Below are positions 1 to 12,719 of a DNA stretch of 64,000 nucleotides, piece after piece. This DNA is from Camelus dromedarius. Its lineage: Eukaryota. How positions within the stretch are numbered: the first letter of the stretch is position 1; each line of letters starts with the position of its first letter. The notes below the pieces were generated by a model that made no database searches, was not told the origin of the DNA, and saw nothing but the letters and a program-made list of their open reading frames with translations. The stretch spans positions 3,164,001 through 3,228,000 of the forward strand of contig NC_087438.1 of the NCBI RefSeq assembly GCF_036321535.1, in the 5' to 3' direction. The translations under genes and the position numbers were made by a program.

Positions 1-308
1 TAGCATACCCACCTAGGAGACCTCGATCCCTTAATTAAGGACTGTCTACACCGCAGCTATTTTTGACTTTCTCTTAATTTGCTGATGCTCTTCTCTCCCA
101 CTGTAATTTCCCTCTGGCTCCTTCTCTCTCACTGCATTCTCCACCAAATTCTATTTGTGAATCAATTTGTCCCTAAGAATAGAGCAGCTCTTGCAAAGCT
201 GTTTTCAGTACACAAAGAGTGGAGAATACAAGCAAGTAAATCAAAGGTGATCCAATTAGTGACTCTTTTTTCCCTAGGATAGAGGTATTGAGTTTTCATT
301 TACTGTGC

Positions 309-338
309 AAAAAAAAAAAAAAAAAAAAAAAGAGAGAG
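309..338 (+). repeat. poly(A) run followed by short (AG)n
   Basis: About 23 consecutive A then GAGAGAG, seen directly. Confidence 0.9.
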
Positions 339-2489
339 CACCGAAATAAAAATTAAAAGTTCAGTTTCCATTTTAAGTAAAGAAAATTGCAGACGCATCT
401 AGAAAGTTACTTTTTAATCAGGGAACCGTGAGGGGCTGGGAACCAGGTGTCTACTGAAGAAGATACTTATGGAAGGTCTAATACTGAGGATTCTGAAATG
501 CTGTCTCTGTAACCAAATCCACTGATCCGAGCATAGGTGAACATCACTAAATCCGTGAAAACATCATTAATATTCTGGAGGTATGAAAATAAGACAGACT
601 AGTTCAATCTGGCCCTGTGATCTACCCTCCTCCAAATAAATCCCCATTTATGGGGCTTCTGGTTATGAAGAGAGAGGAGATTTCTGAGTCCAGCACCATT
701 GGCTGTGTATCCTTTAATAACAATGCAAAGATTTAGAGAGCTGAAGTGATGAAGCCTCTGTCTTCTCATTCCCATTGATCATAATGTTTCCCTGAGATGA
801 TTCCAACCACCTCCTCTATTGAAAACCTACTTAGAAATCCATCACACTCCAATTCATCCTCCACAGTCAGCCTGTGCAGAGGAGACTCCGCTCTGGGTTG
901 AAGATGTTCAATTTCATTTCTAAATTGGACTTAGACATTGGTGGATTAAATGATTAGAGGAAACATGCCAGTAAATCTCAAAAGACACAAAAAGACATTT
1001 GCTCATTGATTGAATCAAATCATCTATGAGTTGAAGCAGAACAAACTTTGAAACAAGGTTCTTCTAGTAACATGGTACGTGGAATGAATGAGTCAAGGTT
1101 TTGAAATAGCACACGGTCACTGTGCTGTGACTGGCACACTCAGATAAAACATGACTTTTCTCGGCTTGCCACCCAATATAAATTGATGCAGATAAGTGGG
1201 CACTTTCTTGCTTTAGTGCAGCTATTTGCATGATTTACATGAAAGGATTTGAGGTACCAGGTCTAAGAGAGAAGGAATTATTGATTTGTGATCTTCCCTG
1301 TGTCATGAGGATGGTTGATCCGTTGAAGTCTAGTGTGAGGAAGGCAAGTGTTCAATATTTCAAGTGGAGAATCCCAAGAAAAATTCAAAAACAATCACAT
1401 GGTGCCGGAGGATGCTTTTACAGAGCTACGAAAGAGTGCACCGTCTAGGATCACTGATCCTTCACTGCAATATCCAGATGGAAAAGTAGGATCACCCCCC
1501 ATTGCAGCTGACTTCATTTATATTTTTGTTACAGTCTAAAAAAACAAAAAACAAAAAATTCTGAGTAAAATTTTTTCATTGGTTGTAAATATAATGCAAA
1601 GCAAAGAAAAAATATTTATTAAACGCTACATCTTTATTGCAACACGCAGAGATTAAAGTTATAGAATAGTTGAAATTGAAGTCGCAACTTCGGCCATGGG
1701 TTTGGTATTACTTCCTATTCACACATCCCACAAGAAAAATGACCATTAGCTAAGGAAGATGTATGATAAATACTCACTTCCCTGTTTTCTGTGCATCATT
1801 CTTTTAAAATTTTTATTTTATGTTTCTGTATCCCAAGCATCTCCAGGGCTACAAGCAGTTGTGGAAATACTAAATGGCTACACACCGCGATGGTTGTCTG
1901 CTGGTGAAAGGAGATTAAATATGGGATATGAAGTTGATGTCCAGACAAGAGTTAAAGCAAATGACAAAAAGGAAGCCATTTAGGGATTTGAGAACAGCTG
2001 GGTCACTGTGGAAGAATGAAAAGGGAAGGGTGCCGATAGAGCTGACAAAGGGAAGAGAACCCACTGACAGGGCAGAGAAAGCCCAGAGGATCAGATTACA
2101 CAGGCAGGGCAACCCCACTCTCAAAGGATGTGCTCTCCACATCAGTAGAGACAAAAATCACTGTATTTGTATTATGAGACCTTTACTTCATTTCACAGTA
2201 CAGTGGATTTAAAGACATAATTATAATAATACTTTAGAATAACTTTTTTGTTAAATATGATTTTAAAACACAGAAGAATTGTAATTTTTTTGGCCACTTG
2301 TATGCAAGTTTATGTTCCGCTCAGCCTGTTCAGCGTTTCAAATGATGAAAACCAGTGTCTGAAAGAACCACATGGCGCATGCCTGGGAGATGTCCTGACT
2401 AGAGGACATCTGAATCCCTGAGTATAAGGATTAACACTTAGATGGAAGCTTAAAGATAAAAGAGAGACTCCATGATGAGAACAGAAACC

Positions 2490-2600
2490 ACAAATCTGAC
2501 TTTTCTCTAACTGTACAATTTGTACCCTGAGATCCTATCCATACGGTAAGGGTGATTTTGTGAAAGATAAAATGATTCGTTGAGTATGATCCTTAATCAA
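2490..2600 (+). mobile_element. Degenerate MIR SINE fragment
   Basis: 'ttttctctaactgtacaat...ggtgattttgtgaaagataaaatga' resembles the MIR core and 3' part; heavily diverged. Confidence 0.45.
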
Positions 2601-2658
2601 AAGATTCTATAAAAAATAATAACAGGAAATAATGGGAAGATAATATAGGGGCGTAGAT

Positions 2659-3186
2659 GTCAGTTTTTTTGTTTTTGTTTTTTGTTTTTATTTTTTTGAT
2701 GCATAAGAAATTACACCAACATGTAAGAACCTAAAACAAGAGTCATCACTTATCATCTCACCCAGTTTCTGTGCATCAAGGCTTTGGGCAATTCCGGTTC
2801 AGCTCTATCAGGAGATTGTAGTCAGGATGTTGGGTGGGACTAAGTCACCTGAAGTCTTGATGGGGCTGTGGACGGACTTCCAACGTGGCTGCCCCCCACC
2901 TGACAAGCTGCTACTGGCTGTGAGCAGGGGTCCTCATCCTCTTCATACAGACGTTGTGTGTGTCTTCGTGACATGGCTGCTGGATGCCCCCAAAGCAATT
3001 GACTCAAGGGAGCATAAGGCCAAAGCCACCATCTCTTATGTGACCTGCCTTCTGAAGCTCGATTCTGTTATATCTTTAATTTACCACTGAATACAGATAT
3101 CATTCCAATCATTGTGGATAACTGATATGGGCTAGAAACACCAGGAGGTGAGAATCATCGGGGTCATCTGGCAGGTTGGCTACTGC
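2659..3186 (-). mobile_element. MaLR LTR (MLT1F/H-like)
   Basis: 'gcataagaaattacacc...taaaacaa...tcatctcacccagtttctgtgcatcaagg' and the end 'gggtcatctggcaggttggctactgc' match the antisense layout of MLT1 LTRs. Confidence 0.7.
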
Positions 3187-3989
3187 CCCTAGTGATATTT
3201 CTCCAAAGACATGCACTAAAAGTGACCCACTGTGACCCTAGAATCTTAACATGAATGATCCCCTATCCAGCAGTAGGCGTGCTGAAATGTTCAATAGAAC
3301 GTTTCAAACAGGCGACTCTGAAGTCCATAGGAGCTACCACGCGTCTTCTTCTTAAACCTACTAAAGTGTGTTCCTTCCACCACTGTTTCTTTGGGGGGAT
3401 AATGTTCTCTCAAAGGATTTTTGTGACTTTGATGCAAGGCCATGATCTCCTGCCTTTCCAATGTCTGTCCAAGCACTGAACCCATAGACCACTGTCCTCC
3501 TGCCTTTTTTCCTCCCCACACTACCTACATGGACTGAGCATTCTCTCTTCCCTGAATGCCCTCCTGTCTCTCAGGATATTTTGGAGTTTCTGTTATTCTG
3601 ACTTTCCTCAAGATGCCCTTAAAATTCCCTTAAGTGCCTTTAAACCCACACCCATCTTCAGTGATTTTTCCCTGGCAGTAGATGCTGTATGAGATTTAAC
3701 ATCTATTCCCGTGTGACTTCTACCCAGTGAAGTCATTGTCTTTACCCCTAATGGATGCAGAGCTCCAGGAACAGTTGCCTGACTGCCTACTGCATGGCCC
3801 CACATAAAGTCTCCCAGATTCCTCAGAATCCCAGTGTCCTCCTCCGACCTCAGCTTCTCCCACCCCTCATGCCCCATAAACTTCTTCTCCTGCCCTGCCC
3901 GAACCTGGTATCTGCACATCTGTGACTTCTACGTGCGTCTGCTTCTGGTACTCCCCACGGACACTGGGCTTGCAGTTTGCCTTAACTCA

Positions 3990-4330
3990 AAACCTACTTG
4001 AAGTCTGTCTCCTCCTTTTCAGTTTCCTTGGCCAAAATGTCTTATCAAAGTGATTCTGATGCTCCTGTGCTGATAACCTTCTTAGAGATCAACCACACTT
4101 TAATTCATATTCCAAAACGCTGCCAGAAGTGCTTTATCTAAAACTTCATGTTTGATGACATTCTCTTCATAAAGTGTGCTGATAGTCCACATTTCAATGA
4201 GGATAACTTTCAAACCTATTGGCAGGACACATTTCCCTATTGTCAGGGCCCAAATTACAAAAATGCCTTTCCAAACTTATATCCTGACATCCTGACCTGC
4301 TTTTGTAGGCATCCTCAGCTCCAGAACTTC
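3990..4330 (+). mobile_element. Ancient L2 LINE fragment
   Basis: 'ctgccagaagtgctttatctaaaacttcatgtttgatgacatt...ctttcaaacctattggcaggacac' is an L2-like tract. Confidence 0.4.
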
Positions 4331-4332
4331 AA

Positions 4333-4357
4333 ACACACACACACACACACACACACA
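4333..4357. repeat. (CA)n microsatellite
   Basis: About 12 CA units. Confidence 0.95.
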
Positions 4358-4559
4358 TAATATATTTACTGATGAGCTGGCTCAAGTCACTGGAGCCCAG
4401 GAGAGACTAGCATTTGCCATGGGTTCCTAGAAAGCCCAGCTCAGTTTCTGGATCACAGAAACAAGAGTCAAGGCAGAAAATAGATTCCCATCCCTGAGAA
4501 AGTGCTAATGCATGCTTTTCACTTCTGATTCCAAAGCAACACCCCTAAACTTGAAGACT

Positions 4560-5715
4560 TTGTCATAATTGAAAATATTTGGCCAAATATATGTTCTGCT
4601 CCATCCCTCCCCTTTTCCTCAGATTCCTATTGCATATATTAGACTTCTTGATATTGCCCCCAAGAGCACTGAGGCTTAATTTAGTTTTTTACAATTTGTT
4701 TAGTCTGTGCTCTTCAGGTTTATTTAACCAGTTTTGCTATTTTCTTCTAGTATCTTTATTTTGATGTAAGACTTTCTAGTAATTTTGCTTAAATTTTAAA
4801 TACTCCATTATTCAGTTCATGCATTTTCATTTGATTCTATTTTATAGCTTCTACTTTTCTGATGACATTTTGTGACTTCATTTTGACTATATTTTCTTCT
4901 ACATGCTAGAGAATAGTTTTAAAAAATGACTTTAAAATTGCCAATTCTGACATCTGAGCAACCTTGCAGCTATTTTTCACTGATTAATTTCTGTCTGTGT
5001 GCGGGTATAGGCCACATTTTACTTCACATCTGCATGCCTATCCATTTTTTATTTCATCATAGACATTGTAAAATTATGTTGTAGAGACTATGGATTCTGT
5101 TATATTGCTCTGGATAGCATTAAATTTTGGCATTAGCAGACAACTAACTGCAGTAAGCAAATTTAAAGCTCTGTCCTCCTGCATAGACAATAAATGTTCT
5201 CCTTGTCCAGTTCGCTTATCCTTAGCCAAGCCTCTTGGATTGCACCACACACACATGTAGGTCAGGAGTAAGATTTGAAACACCTGTTTTGCATCTCTGG
5301 ACCATGTATCTGGACCACACTCTCTGTAGTTCTTTCTATTCTGGGATTTCTCTTCTCGTTTTCCTCTGGCTGTGGTACTCCTGAACTCTGTTATCTGATT
5401 TCTCAAGCTGGTATTATTGTCAATTTCTGTCCAATTTTTATCTTTTCCATAAGGTGGCACTCATTGGAGATGCTTCTTGGGTAAAAACCTGTAAAACAAA
5501 CAAACAAACAAACTGAAAACAAAAAAATGGCCCTCTCACTCACAACCATTTACTTCATTCAAGTGTCAACTCCGTTCCGGTTTCTTTCTGATTTTGCTCT
5601 CTCTCCCGTGACTTCAGACAATGGTTTTACATGTTTTACCCTAGAGTTCATCATCACGTGTGGAAGAGTTGTCACACGTGAGATAGTCTACCGTTTCTGA
5701 AAGCTGGGCTTCCTT
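4560..5715 (-). mobile_element. Old LINE-1 (L1M) 5'/ORF1-region fragment
   Basis: T-rich antisense L1 text ('attcctattgcatatattagacttcttgatattgccc', 'tgttgtagagactatggattctgttatatt'); no intact ORF. Confidence 0.6.
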
Positions 5716-8289
5716 TCAGTCTGTTGTGGGCCCCATCAGAAGTGAGACATCAGGAGCTATGTCGTAGGCCACAAAATGCGCTTTACGGCGCAAAGACTCC
5801 ATCAACGTCAGATGCCGAGAACTGACGTCCAGCGGAAACAAAATGTACCACTTACAAAACGCTAGTCTTAGGTTTTCACATTTCATTCCCACCCACCTTC
5901 CTCCTCAGCTCGACTCATTCTTGACCATAACTAGGGTTTCACTTGCCGCCTTGTCTTCTTTTATATTGATAGTTACTGTAGGCTGACATCAAAAACTGAG
6001 AGTCATCTTGTTTCCACCTCCCTGGTCCACTAGAGAGCAGTTTTCACACAGCTGGGCACGCAGCTTCTCGGTGCAGGTAACTCACAGCAGAGGAGCTGTG
6101 GGTTAATGCTCCTGCACCCCAGTTTGGGTGCACCTGGTCTGTAATTCCTAACCAGGAAAGAGCCAAGAGAGGAAGGGGCTGTGTGTGTCTATGTGGGCAG
6201 TGGGGGTGCACAGGATGTGACAAAAACATTGAGGGCTCACCCCAAGACCAGTCAGCACTCCTGGCACACATCCGCAGCAATCTGTGCTCAGGAGTGAAGA
6301 GCTGCTATTTTTAAGGATTCTGCTTCCTCTGGGTTTCCCATCATATCAAAGTCTGAATGAAAGCAGACTATGCACGTAACTTCCTTCCAGGACCCGGTCA
6401 GAGAGACCAGGGCTCATTACTTCTTCATGTTACATAGAGAGACATTCCAGGTTATTTTGCCTGAATTATGTTAACCAGTACAAAAATATTTCTATTCATA
6501 GCATATTTTTACTAAAAGATTGCACACTCTCTCTAGACGAGTTTACTGTGGTAGCCTTGTTTCTATTTTTCTTTCCCCTAAGACTTAAATCATAAACAGA
6601 GGGAATCTGTACGTACTGGTGGAAATCCGCCTTATCTTTTTCATATGACATCCTCTTTGTGTCAATCACTACTTTGGTCAAAGCCAAGTCTCTCCCAGTC
6701 TCACTATTGCCAAGAATCTTGCAAATTTCATCGAATTTTGTCCCCTTAGGGGAAAATGTTAAATTCACTCACTCAGTTTATTTTCTTTTTCTTTTGGCAC
6801 ATGAAGAGTCAAGCATCAGATAACATCAGAAAGTCAATTAAAAAGGGACGGTGTAGCTTAATCACAAGGTTTTTCCTATCTATTTTTTCCAGTGGTTACC
6901 TTAAAACTGCTAACTTAAATCACAGTCCTGTGCTGTCTTTAGAAGTTCACTCCATCAAAAGCCAAGTGCTGAGTAATCAAAGATCTTAATAACTGGAAGT
7001 TCTAACCCTAACCACAAGAGGATTAAAAATCCAGCAGCCAGAACTCAGCCCTTCGATCCAGCAAGCTGCAATGCATAATGAGAAACCCCTAAAGCCCCAG
7101 ATCACAGCCATGTCCTTGCCCACCTTAGAACTAAGTGGAAACTCCTTTAATTCCTTAAGAGACCCTATCTGCCTGATGAAAATGGATATTGGCTTCTGTG
7201 TAGCATGATTAGAAGAATGGGAGAGGATTAGCAGAGATGCGAGGGAGAGGCTCAGGCCTGCTCATCTATATGGTATTATTGCTGACAGGGGATGTTCACA
7301 GAAGACAGGGACCCAAAGGCAAAAGGCCCCTGAATTAAAGCAGCACTTATGACTCAAGTCATAGAGGGATTAAAACCCATTTACTTTGCCACATCCAGTT
7401 TTATAAATCTACTAAGCCCCGTGATGCTCGCCTTTACAATTTTCTGTAGCGAACAGCCAAGCTGTTTGGAGAGATGTTTGTTTTCGTTCAGAACAACCTA
7501 TCAACAGATTGTAAATGAACTGTAAGTCGTGGTAGCAAGATTCTTTTCCTACACGTTGGAATGAATGAAAATCATCCCTGTTTATCTAGAGTATAAATAT
7601 TTAAAAGCCACATTCTTTAACACCATGTTATTGCTCACTTATCGCTACATGTGTATATGCAGTGTACCATCGTACATACACACATACACTGTATTTTGCT
7701 GAATATATATATATACTATATATGTAGAGCGCAGCATAATGCTATTTCATTTTAATTTATTGAAATGATTCCCCATTTAGGAATATCATGTCTGTAATGT
7801 CTATAAATTTTCTATCCTATAAGTATAAAATTTGTTTGTTTATACATTTAGCATTGAGATTTGAAGTTAAAATTCCCCAGAGATAATGAATCTTCAGAAA
7901 GATCTTGGATTCTCCTAGAATCTCTTCAATAGAACTTAGAATTTTGTAGCATATTTTGCCACTCTCAGTGCCCCCATAATTTGCTCCTTTTGAAGAAAGC
8001 TTTTTAAAAGTCAATTATGTGAATCATTGTAAAATGCAAAATTACTTTCAACTAACAATGTCTCCTATCTAGCTGAAATATCACTCGATGGCTTGACACT
8101 AGGATGCAAGCAGCATGCTTATACATTTGGAATTTCTCTTTCAACTCATCATCATTTTTAAAACAAAGTTGATTTTCTATCCGGACTGTGACCTCTTAAT
8201 TCAACATTTCAATATAGTATAAGAATGTCATCCAATGTGGAGGTTTAGAGCTATAGTGTATTTGGTGTCACAGCTTAAGGAAAAAAAAT

Positions 8290-8465
8290 AAATCTTTGTT
8301 AACCCAAGATTAAAAAAATTGTTCCCCTGTGTTTTCTGCTGTACACTTTATAGTTTTACATTTTATATTTAAATCTGTGATTCGTTTTGAACTAATTTTG
8401 TGTATGATATGAGGTACAGATTGGAGAGTTTTTGTTTGGTTTTTGTTCTGATTTTTGCCTATTAA
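8290..8465 (-). mobile_element. LINE-1 ORF2 fragment
   Basis: Minus ORF 8310..8504 contains 'HKISSKRITDLNIKCKTIK', matching the L1 ORF2 motif 'TKINSRWIKDLNV...TIK'. Confidence 0.75.
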
Positions 8466-8469
8466 TATC

Positions 8470-8825
8470 TGTGTTAGTTTGCTGGTGATCATAGAAAATA
8501 CCACAGCCTGGGTGGCTTAAACAGCAGAAGTGTTTTTTCTCACAGTTCTGGAGGCTGGAAAGTCCACGATCGAGGTGTCTGCAGGTTTAACTTCTCCTGA
8601 GGCCTCTCTCCTTGGCTTGCAGATGGTGTCTCCCCGTGTCCTCACATGGACCCGCTCAGTCTGTGTTGTCTGTGCCCCAGTCTCTGCTTCTTACTATGAC
8701 AGTGGTCATAAGATTAGGCTAACCATATGACTTGATTTTACCTTACTTTCCTATTTAAAGGCCCTGTCTCCATGCAGCCATATTCTGAGGGCCTGGGAAT
8801 TAGGACTTCAACATTTGAATGTGGA
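8470..8825 (-). mobile_element. MaLR LTR (MLT1A/B-like)
   Basis: 'gggtggcttaaacagcagaa...ctcacagttctggaggctggaaagtcc...ctgaggcctctctccttggcttgcagatgg...ggacttcaacatttgaat' is the canonical MLT1A/B antisense pattern. Confidence 0.85.
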
Positions 8826-8859
8826 AAAATAGACAAATACATGATTATATTCAGAGTCA

Positions 8860-9540
8860 ATACCCTTCTTCAACGATTGGTAAAACAAATAGACAGAAAC
8901 CATATGTCACCTCCATAGAAACAGAAAAATTATTTGACCATATTTAATATTTATTACTGATAAATACTCCTGGCACACTAGAGAGAGAAGGTGACATCCT
9001 GAACTTGAAATGACATCTACAGAAAACATACAGTGAACAGCACATTTAATGCTGGGAAAATGTGTGCTTCCTTTCTCAGATCAGAAACAAGAAGAGGTTG
9101 CCTGCTCTCACTACTTCTGTTCAAATTTGTGCTGAAACTTTCAGCTAGTGCAATAAGAACAAAAGAATAAATAAATAAAAGCCGTCCAGATTGGAAGCAA
9201 AAAAATAAATTGTCTTTATTCTCAGACATCATGATTGTTGACATAGAAATCTGATGGGATCTACAAAAAATAAGAGAAATAATAAGTGGATTTATCAAGG
9301 CAATTGCATATAAGAATGCAATGTGTGAAAAGCAATTCTACATTCTAACCACAAACCATCTGAAATTTAAACATTTAAAAGCGGGATTTATAACATTACA
9401 AGAATATGAAATACTTAGGGATAAAATTATAGAAGACCTGCAAGCTCTGTATACTGAACTCTATAAAACTTGATGAGAGAAATTAAAGGAGACCTAAATA
9501 GATGAAAGATGTGTGTTGCTCATGGACTTGGAAGACTTAA
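8860..9540 (+). mobile_element. LINE-1 ORF2 reverse-transcriptase fragment (pseudogenised)
   Basis: ~9080-9160 reads like 'RQGCPLSPLLFNIVLEVLA.AIR'; ~9210-9240 reads like 'LSLFADDMI'; frames are broken. Confidence 0.8.
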
Positions 9541-10079
9541 GATATTTCACTAGGTGGCCATGCTATACTGCATGCAGGACAGACTAGAATGTGAATGTGA
9601 CCAAGGACAAAAGGCAGAAAATTACAACCCAGAGAAGGAACTATGCCTGATTCAAGGGCACTGAAAATCAAGTGCTGCGTGCTGACTTACAGCAAGAAGG
9701 GAGGGGAAGTAGTCAAGATCCAGCCCCTTGCAATGTGTCTGCCCCCACAGCAAAGGGATGCAGTCTGTAGCTGATGCTGGCGATGTGTTTGTGCACACCC
9801 CAATTCATGCTACAGTAGAAGGAACCCCACCACTTGCCCAGTGTGATCTAAGGCACAAAAAGCTGAGGGCATGCCTGAGGGCCATGGCTACATGCATAGC
9901 TAAGCAGTTTTGAGAAATGTTTGCATGCACCCAGTGCAGAGGGAGCAGGGATATACTGACTGCGCTCTGAGCTCTTTGCATGCAATGTGATTTGTGAGCT
10001 GGCCAGCACATCCTGTACCTGGAATAATGCTTTTCTTGGGAACACAGGGGAGACATCAGGTTATGCTTGGACCCTACCC

Positions 10080-11640
10080 TCACATTTCATGTTTTAGGAT
10101 GCTCTGTTATTAGGTGAATAAACATTTATATTTTGTAATCTCTTTTTGATGAATATACTTCTTTGCCATTAGGAAATGTCCTTATTTTTCCCTGGTTACA
10201 TATATATATTTGCTTTGAAAACTACATTGTTTCAGGTTAGTGTAGTCAAATCAGCTTTTTAAAATTATTACTGACGTATATTTTGTTTTTCAACTTCTTA
10301 CTTTTAATGTATGTGTACCTTTATATTTAAAGCCCTTGTCTTGCAGGCTGAAAATATTTGTCATGCTTTTTTATCAAATATAACAATCTCTGCCTTTTAA
10401 TAGGCGATTTAGACCATTTATATTTAATGTGATTACTAATATGGTTAAGTTTTAGTCTACTGTTTCCTTTATACTTCCCCCCACATTTTCTTTGTCTTTT
10501 TTTTCTATTTTTCTGCCATTTTTTGGATTATCTAGTATGGTTTGCAGTATCATTTATCTTTGTGTACACTTAAGAGCAATAACTCTTACTATACTTCTAT
10601 TTTAGTGGTTACCATAGGGTTCCGAGTGTACATCTTAGATTTACCACTAGCTATCTTCAAATAGTAATATATGACTTCATATAGAATATAAAAAAACTTA
10701 CAGTACTATGCTGCAGGTTTTTTCTGACTGGCTTTTATGTTAATTTTGTCACACATTTAATTTTGTATGTGTTATAAATCCCATTCAATATTGTTGTTAT
10801 TTTTATATAAACAGTTAAGTTGGATAAAGAGAAAAACTCTCATGTACTTACAGATGTGGTTATGATTTCCAGGGGTCTCCATGCCTTTGTGTGAATTTGC
10901 ATTTCACCAGATACCACTTTTCTCCTGCCTGAAGGACTCCTTTTAACCTTTCCGATAGTTCGCATTTACCAGCGATGAGCTCTTTCATCCTTTGTGTGTC
11001 TGGCCTTGTCTTCATTTCCCCTTTTTATATAATTTGTCTTTAACTTTTTTTTTCATTCAACACTTTAAGTTGTTGCACCACTCTCTTCTTGAGGGCACCG
11101 ATTCTGAGGGGAAGTCTGCCCTCATGCTTCCATGTGTCTCTGCATAACGTTTAGTTTTCCTCCCGTGGCTGCTTATGATATTTCCTCTTCATCACTAGTT
11201 TGGAGAAATTTGATCATGGTACCTTGGTGTATTTTCCTCATGTTTCTTGCACTTGATGTTCACTGAGATTCTTGTATCTAGTGGTTTATAGTTTGCATCA
11301 AATTTGAAAAAAAAAATCAGCCATTATTGTTTCAGTTTTTTGTTCTGTCTTCCATTTCTCTCCTCCCTTCTGAGAGTGTGAACTATACTTCTGCCCAGCT
11401 AGCTGGTGCTGTCCCACAGAACACTGGTTCTCTTCTCATTTCTCTTGATTCTCTTTTCTCTCTTGCTTAAGTTGTGGTAGTTTCAATTGCTCTCCTTTAA
11501 AGTTTATTTGTCTTTTATTCTGCAATGTTAAATCTGTTTTTCACTCTACTCAGGGTATTTTTCTCTCACACAATGTAGTTTAGATCATTAGAAGTTTGAT
11601 TTAAGTCCTTTGTATATCTTCCATGGAATACAATTATAAT
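10080..11640 (-). mobile_element. Old LINE-1 (L1M) ORF1/inter-ORF region
   Basis: Antisense L1 motifs such as 'tttagaccatttatatttaatgtgatta', 'tcctgcctgaaggactccttttaac' and 'atcaaatttgaaaa...cagccattatt'. Confidence 0.7.
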
Positions 11641-11649
11641 AACTTTTAA

Positions 11650-12505
11650 AAAATAACATTGTGAAGGTAATATAGTGACGTCCCATATCCCCAAACAAGT
11701 TTCCTCTCTTATTATGTTAGTATAGGGTGATTTCTTCAGTCGATGAACACATACTGATGTTTTATAATTAACTAGAGTCCATACTGCATTCAGATTTCTT
11801 TGGTTTCACCTACTCTTTTCTATTCTGGGATCCCAGTCAGGATCTCATGTTACATTTAGTCATCATGTCCTGTCTTTATAGGTTCCTCTTAAAGGTGATA
11901 GCTTATCAGATTGTCCTTGTGTTTCTTTTTTTTAAGTTCTTGACAGTTTTGAGGAATACAGGTCAAGTATTTTGTATAATGTCCTCAAATAGAATATATC
12001 TATTTGAGAAATACAAATGTTTCTTCCATAATGAGAGTAGGGTCATGTGTTTTGTGGAAGAAAACAGTAGAAATGTGTGTTTTTTACCACATCTTACTAA
12101 AGGTATTCACTATTAGTATGACTTGCAACTGTTGACATTAATAATGATTATTCAGTGGAGTTAGTGCTTGTCAGGTCTTTCTACTGTAGTTATTATAACA
12201 GCCCACACTTAAGAGTAGGGGGAGAGTAAATGCATAAATTGTTGGAGTTCTCTCTCATTTATTCTCTTATTTATTTAATTATTTATTTATACCAGTAGGG
12301 ACCCATGGATATTTATTTTGTATTTTGTATTATAATCTTTATTTTATTTTATCTAAACTTTATTTTCTTAATTGTTCAAGATTTGGCCATTGGCAGCTTT
12401 GTCATTTGGCTCCTGTCTCTGTGTCCCTATGACATACCTTCGTCATTCTTTTTTTGAGTTCTTCTTTGCTTTCTCTCACTGCAAGATGCTCCTTGTTCCA
12501 CAAGG
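11650..12505 (-). mobile_element. L1MC-type 3'UTR fragment
   Basis: 'ccagtcaggatctcatgttacatttagtcatcatgtc', 'tgacagttttgaggaatacaggtcaagtattttgtataatgtcc' and 'gatttggccattggcagc'. Confidence 0.7.
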
Positions 12506-12509
12506 TCAT

Positions 12510-12700
12510 TGTGGGAGAATTAATTAACATCCCTCCAAAGATATCCACAGCCTAATCCCTAGAACTTATAAAAGTTACACATTCTTTTACAACAAAAGGA
12601 AGTGTGTAGATGTGACTAAGTGAAGACTCATGTGATGGGGAGGTTTTCTCTGTTACCTGGAAGGGTCCTAAACATAGTCAGTAGTGTCCTTACAAGAGGA
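12510..12700 (+). mobile_element. MaLR LTR 5' part (MLT1C/D-like), nested in L1
   Basis: 'tgtgggagaatt...ccaaagatatccacagcctaatccctagaac...gtagatgtgactaag...gatggggag'. Confidence 0.7.
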
Positions 12701-12719
12701 GGCACTGTTCCTACACTCT

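Noticed and set aside
1230..1539. Overlapping short ORFs with exon-like composition
   Set aside because: Peptides not recognised and no convincing flanking splice-site pair.
4369..4412. Hammerhead ribozyme (CTGATGAG followed by a stem)
   Set aside because: The required GAAA after stem II is absent (GAGA) and there are no convincing stems I/III. The CTGATGAG at ~53954 also lacks a downstream GAAA.
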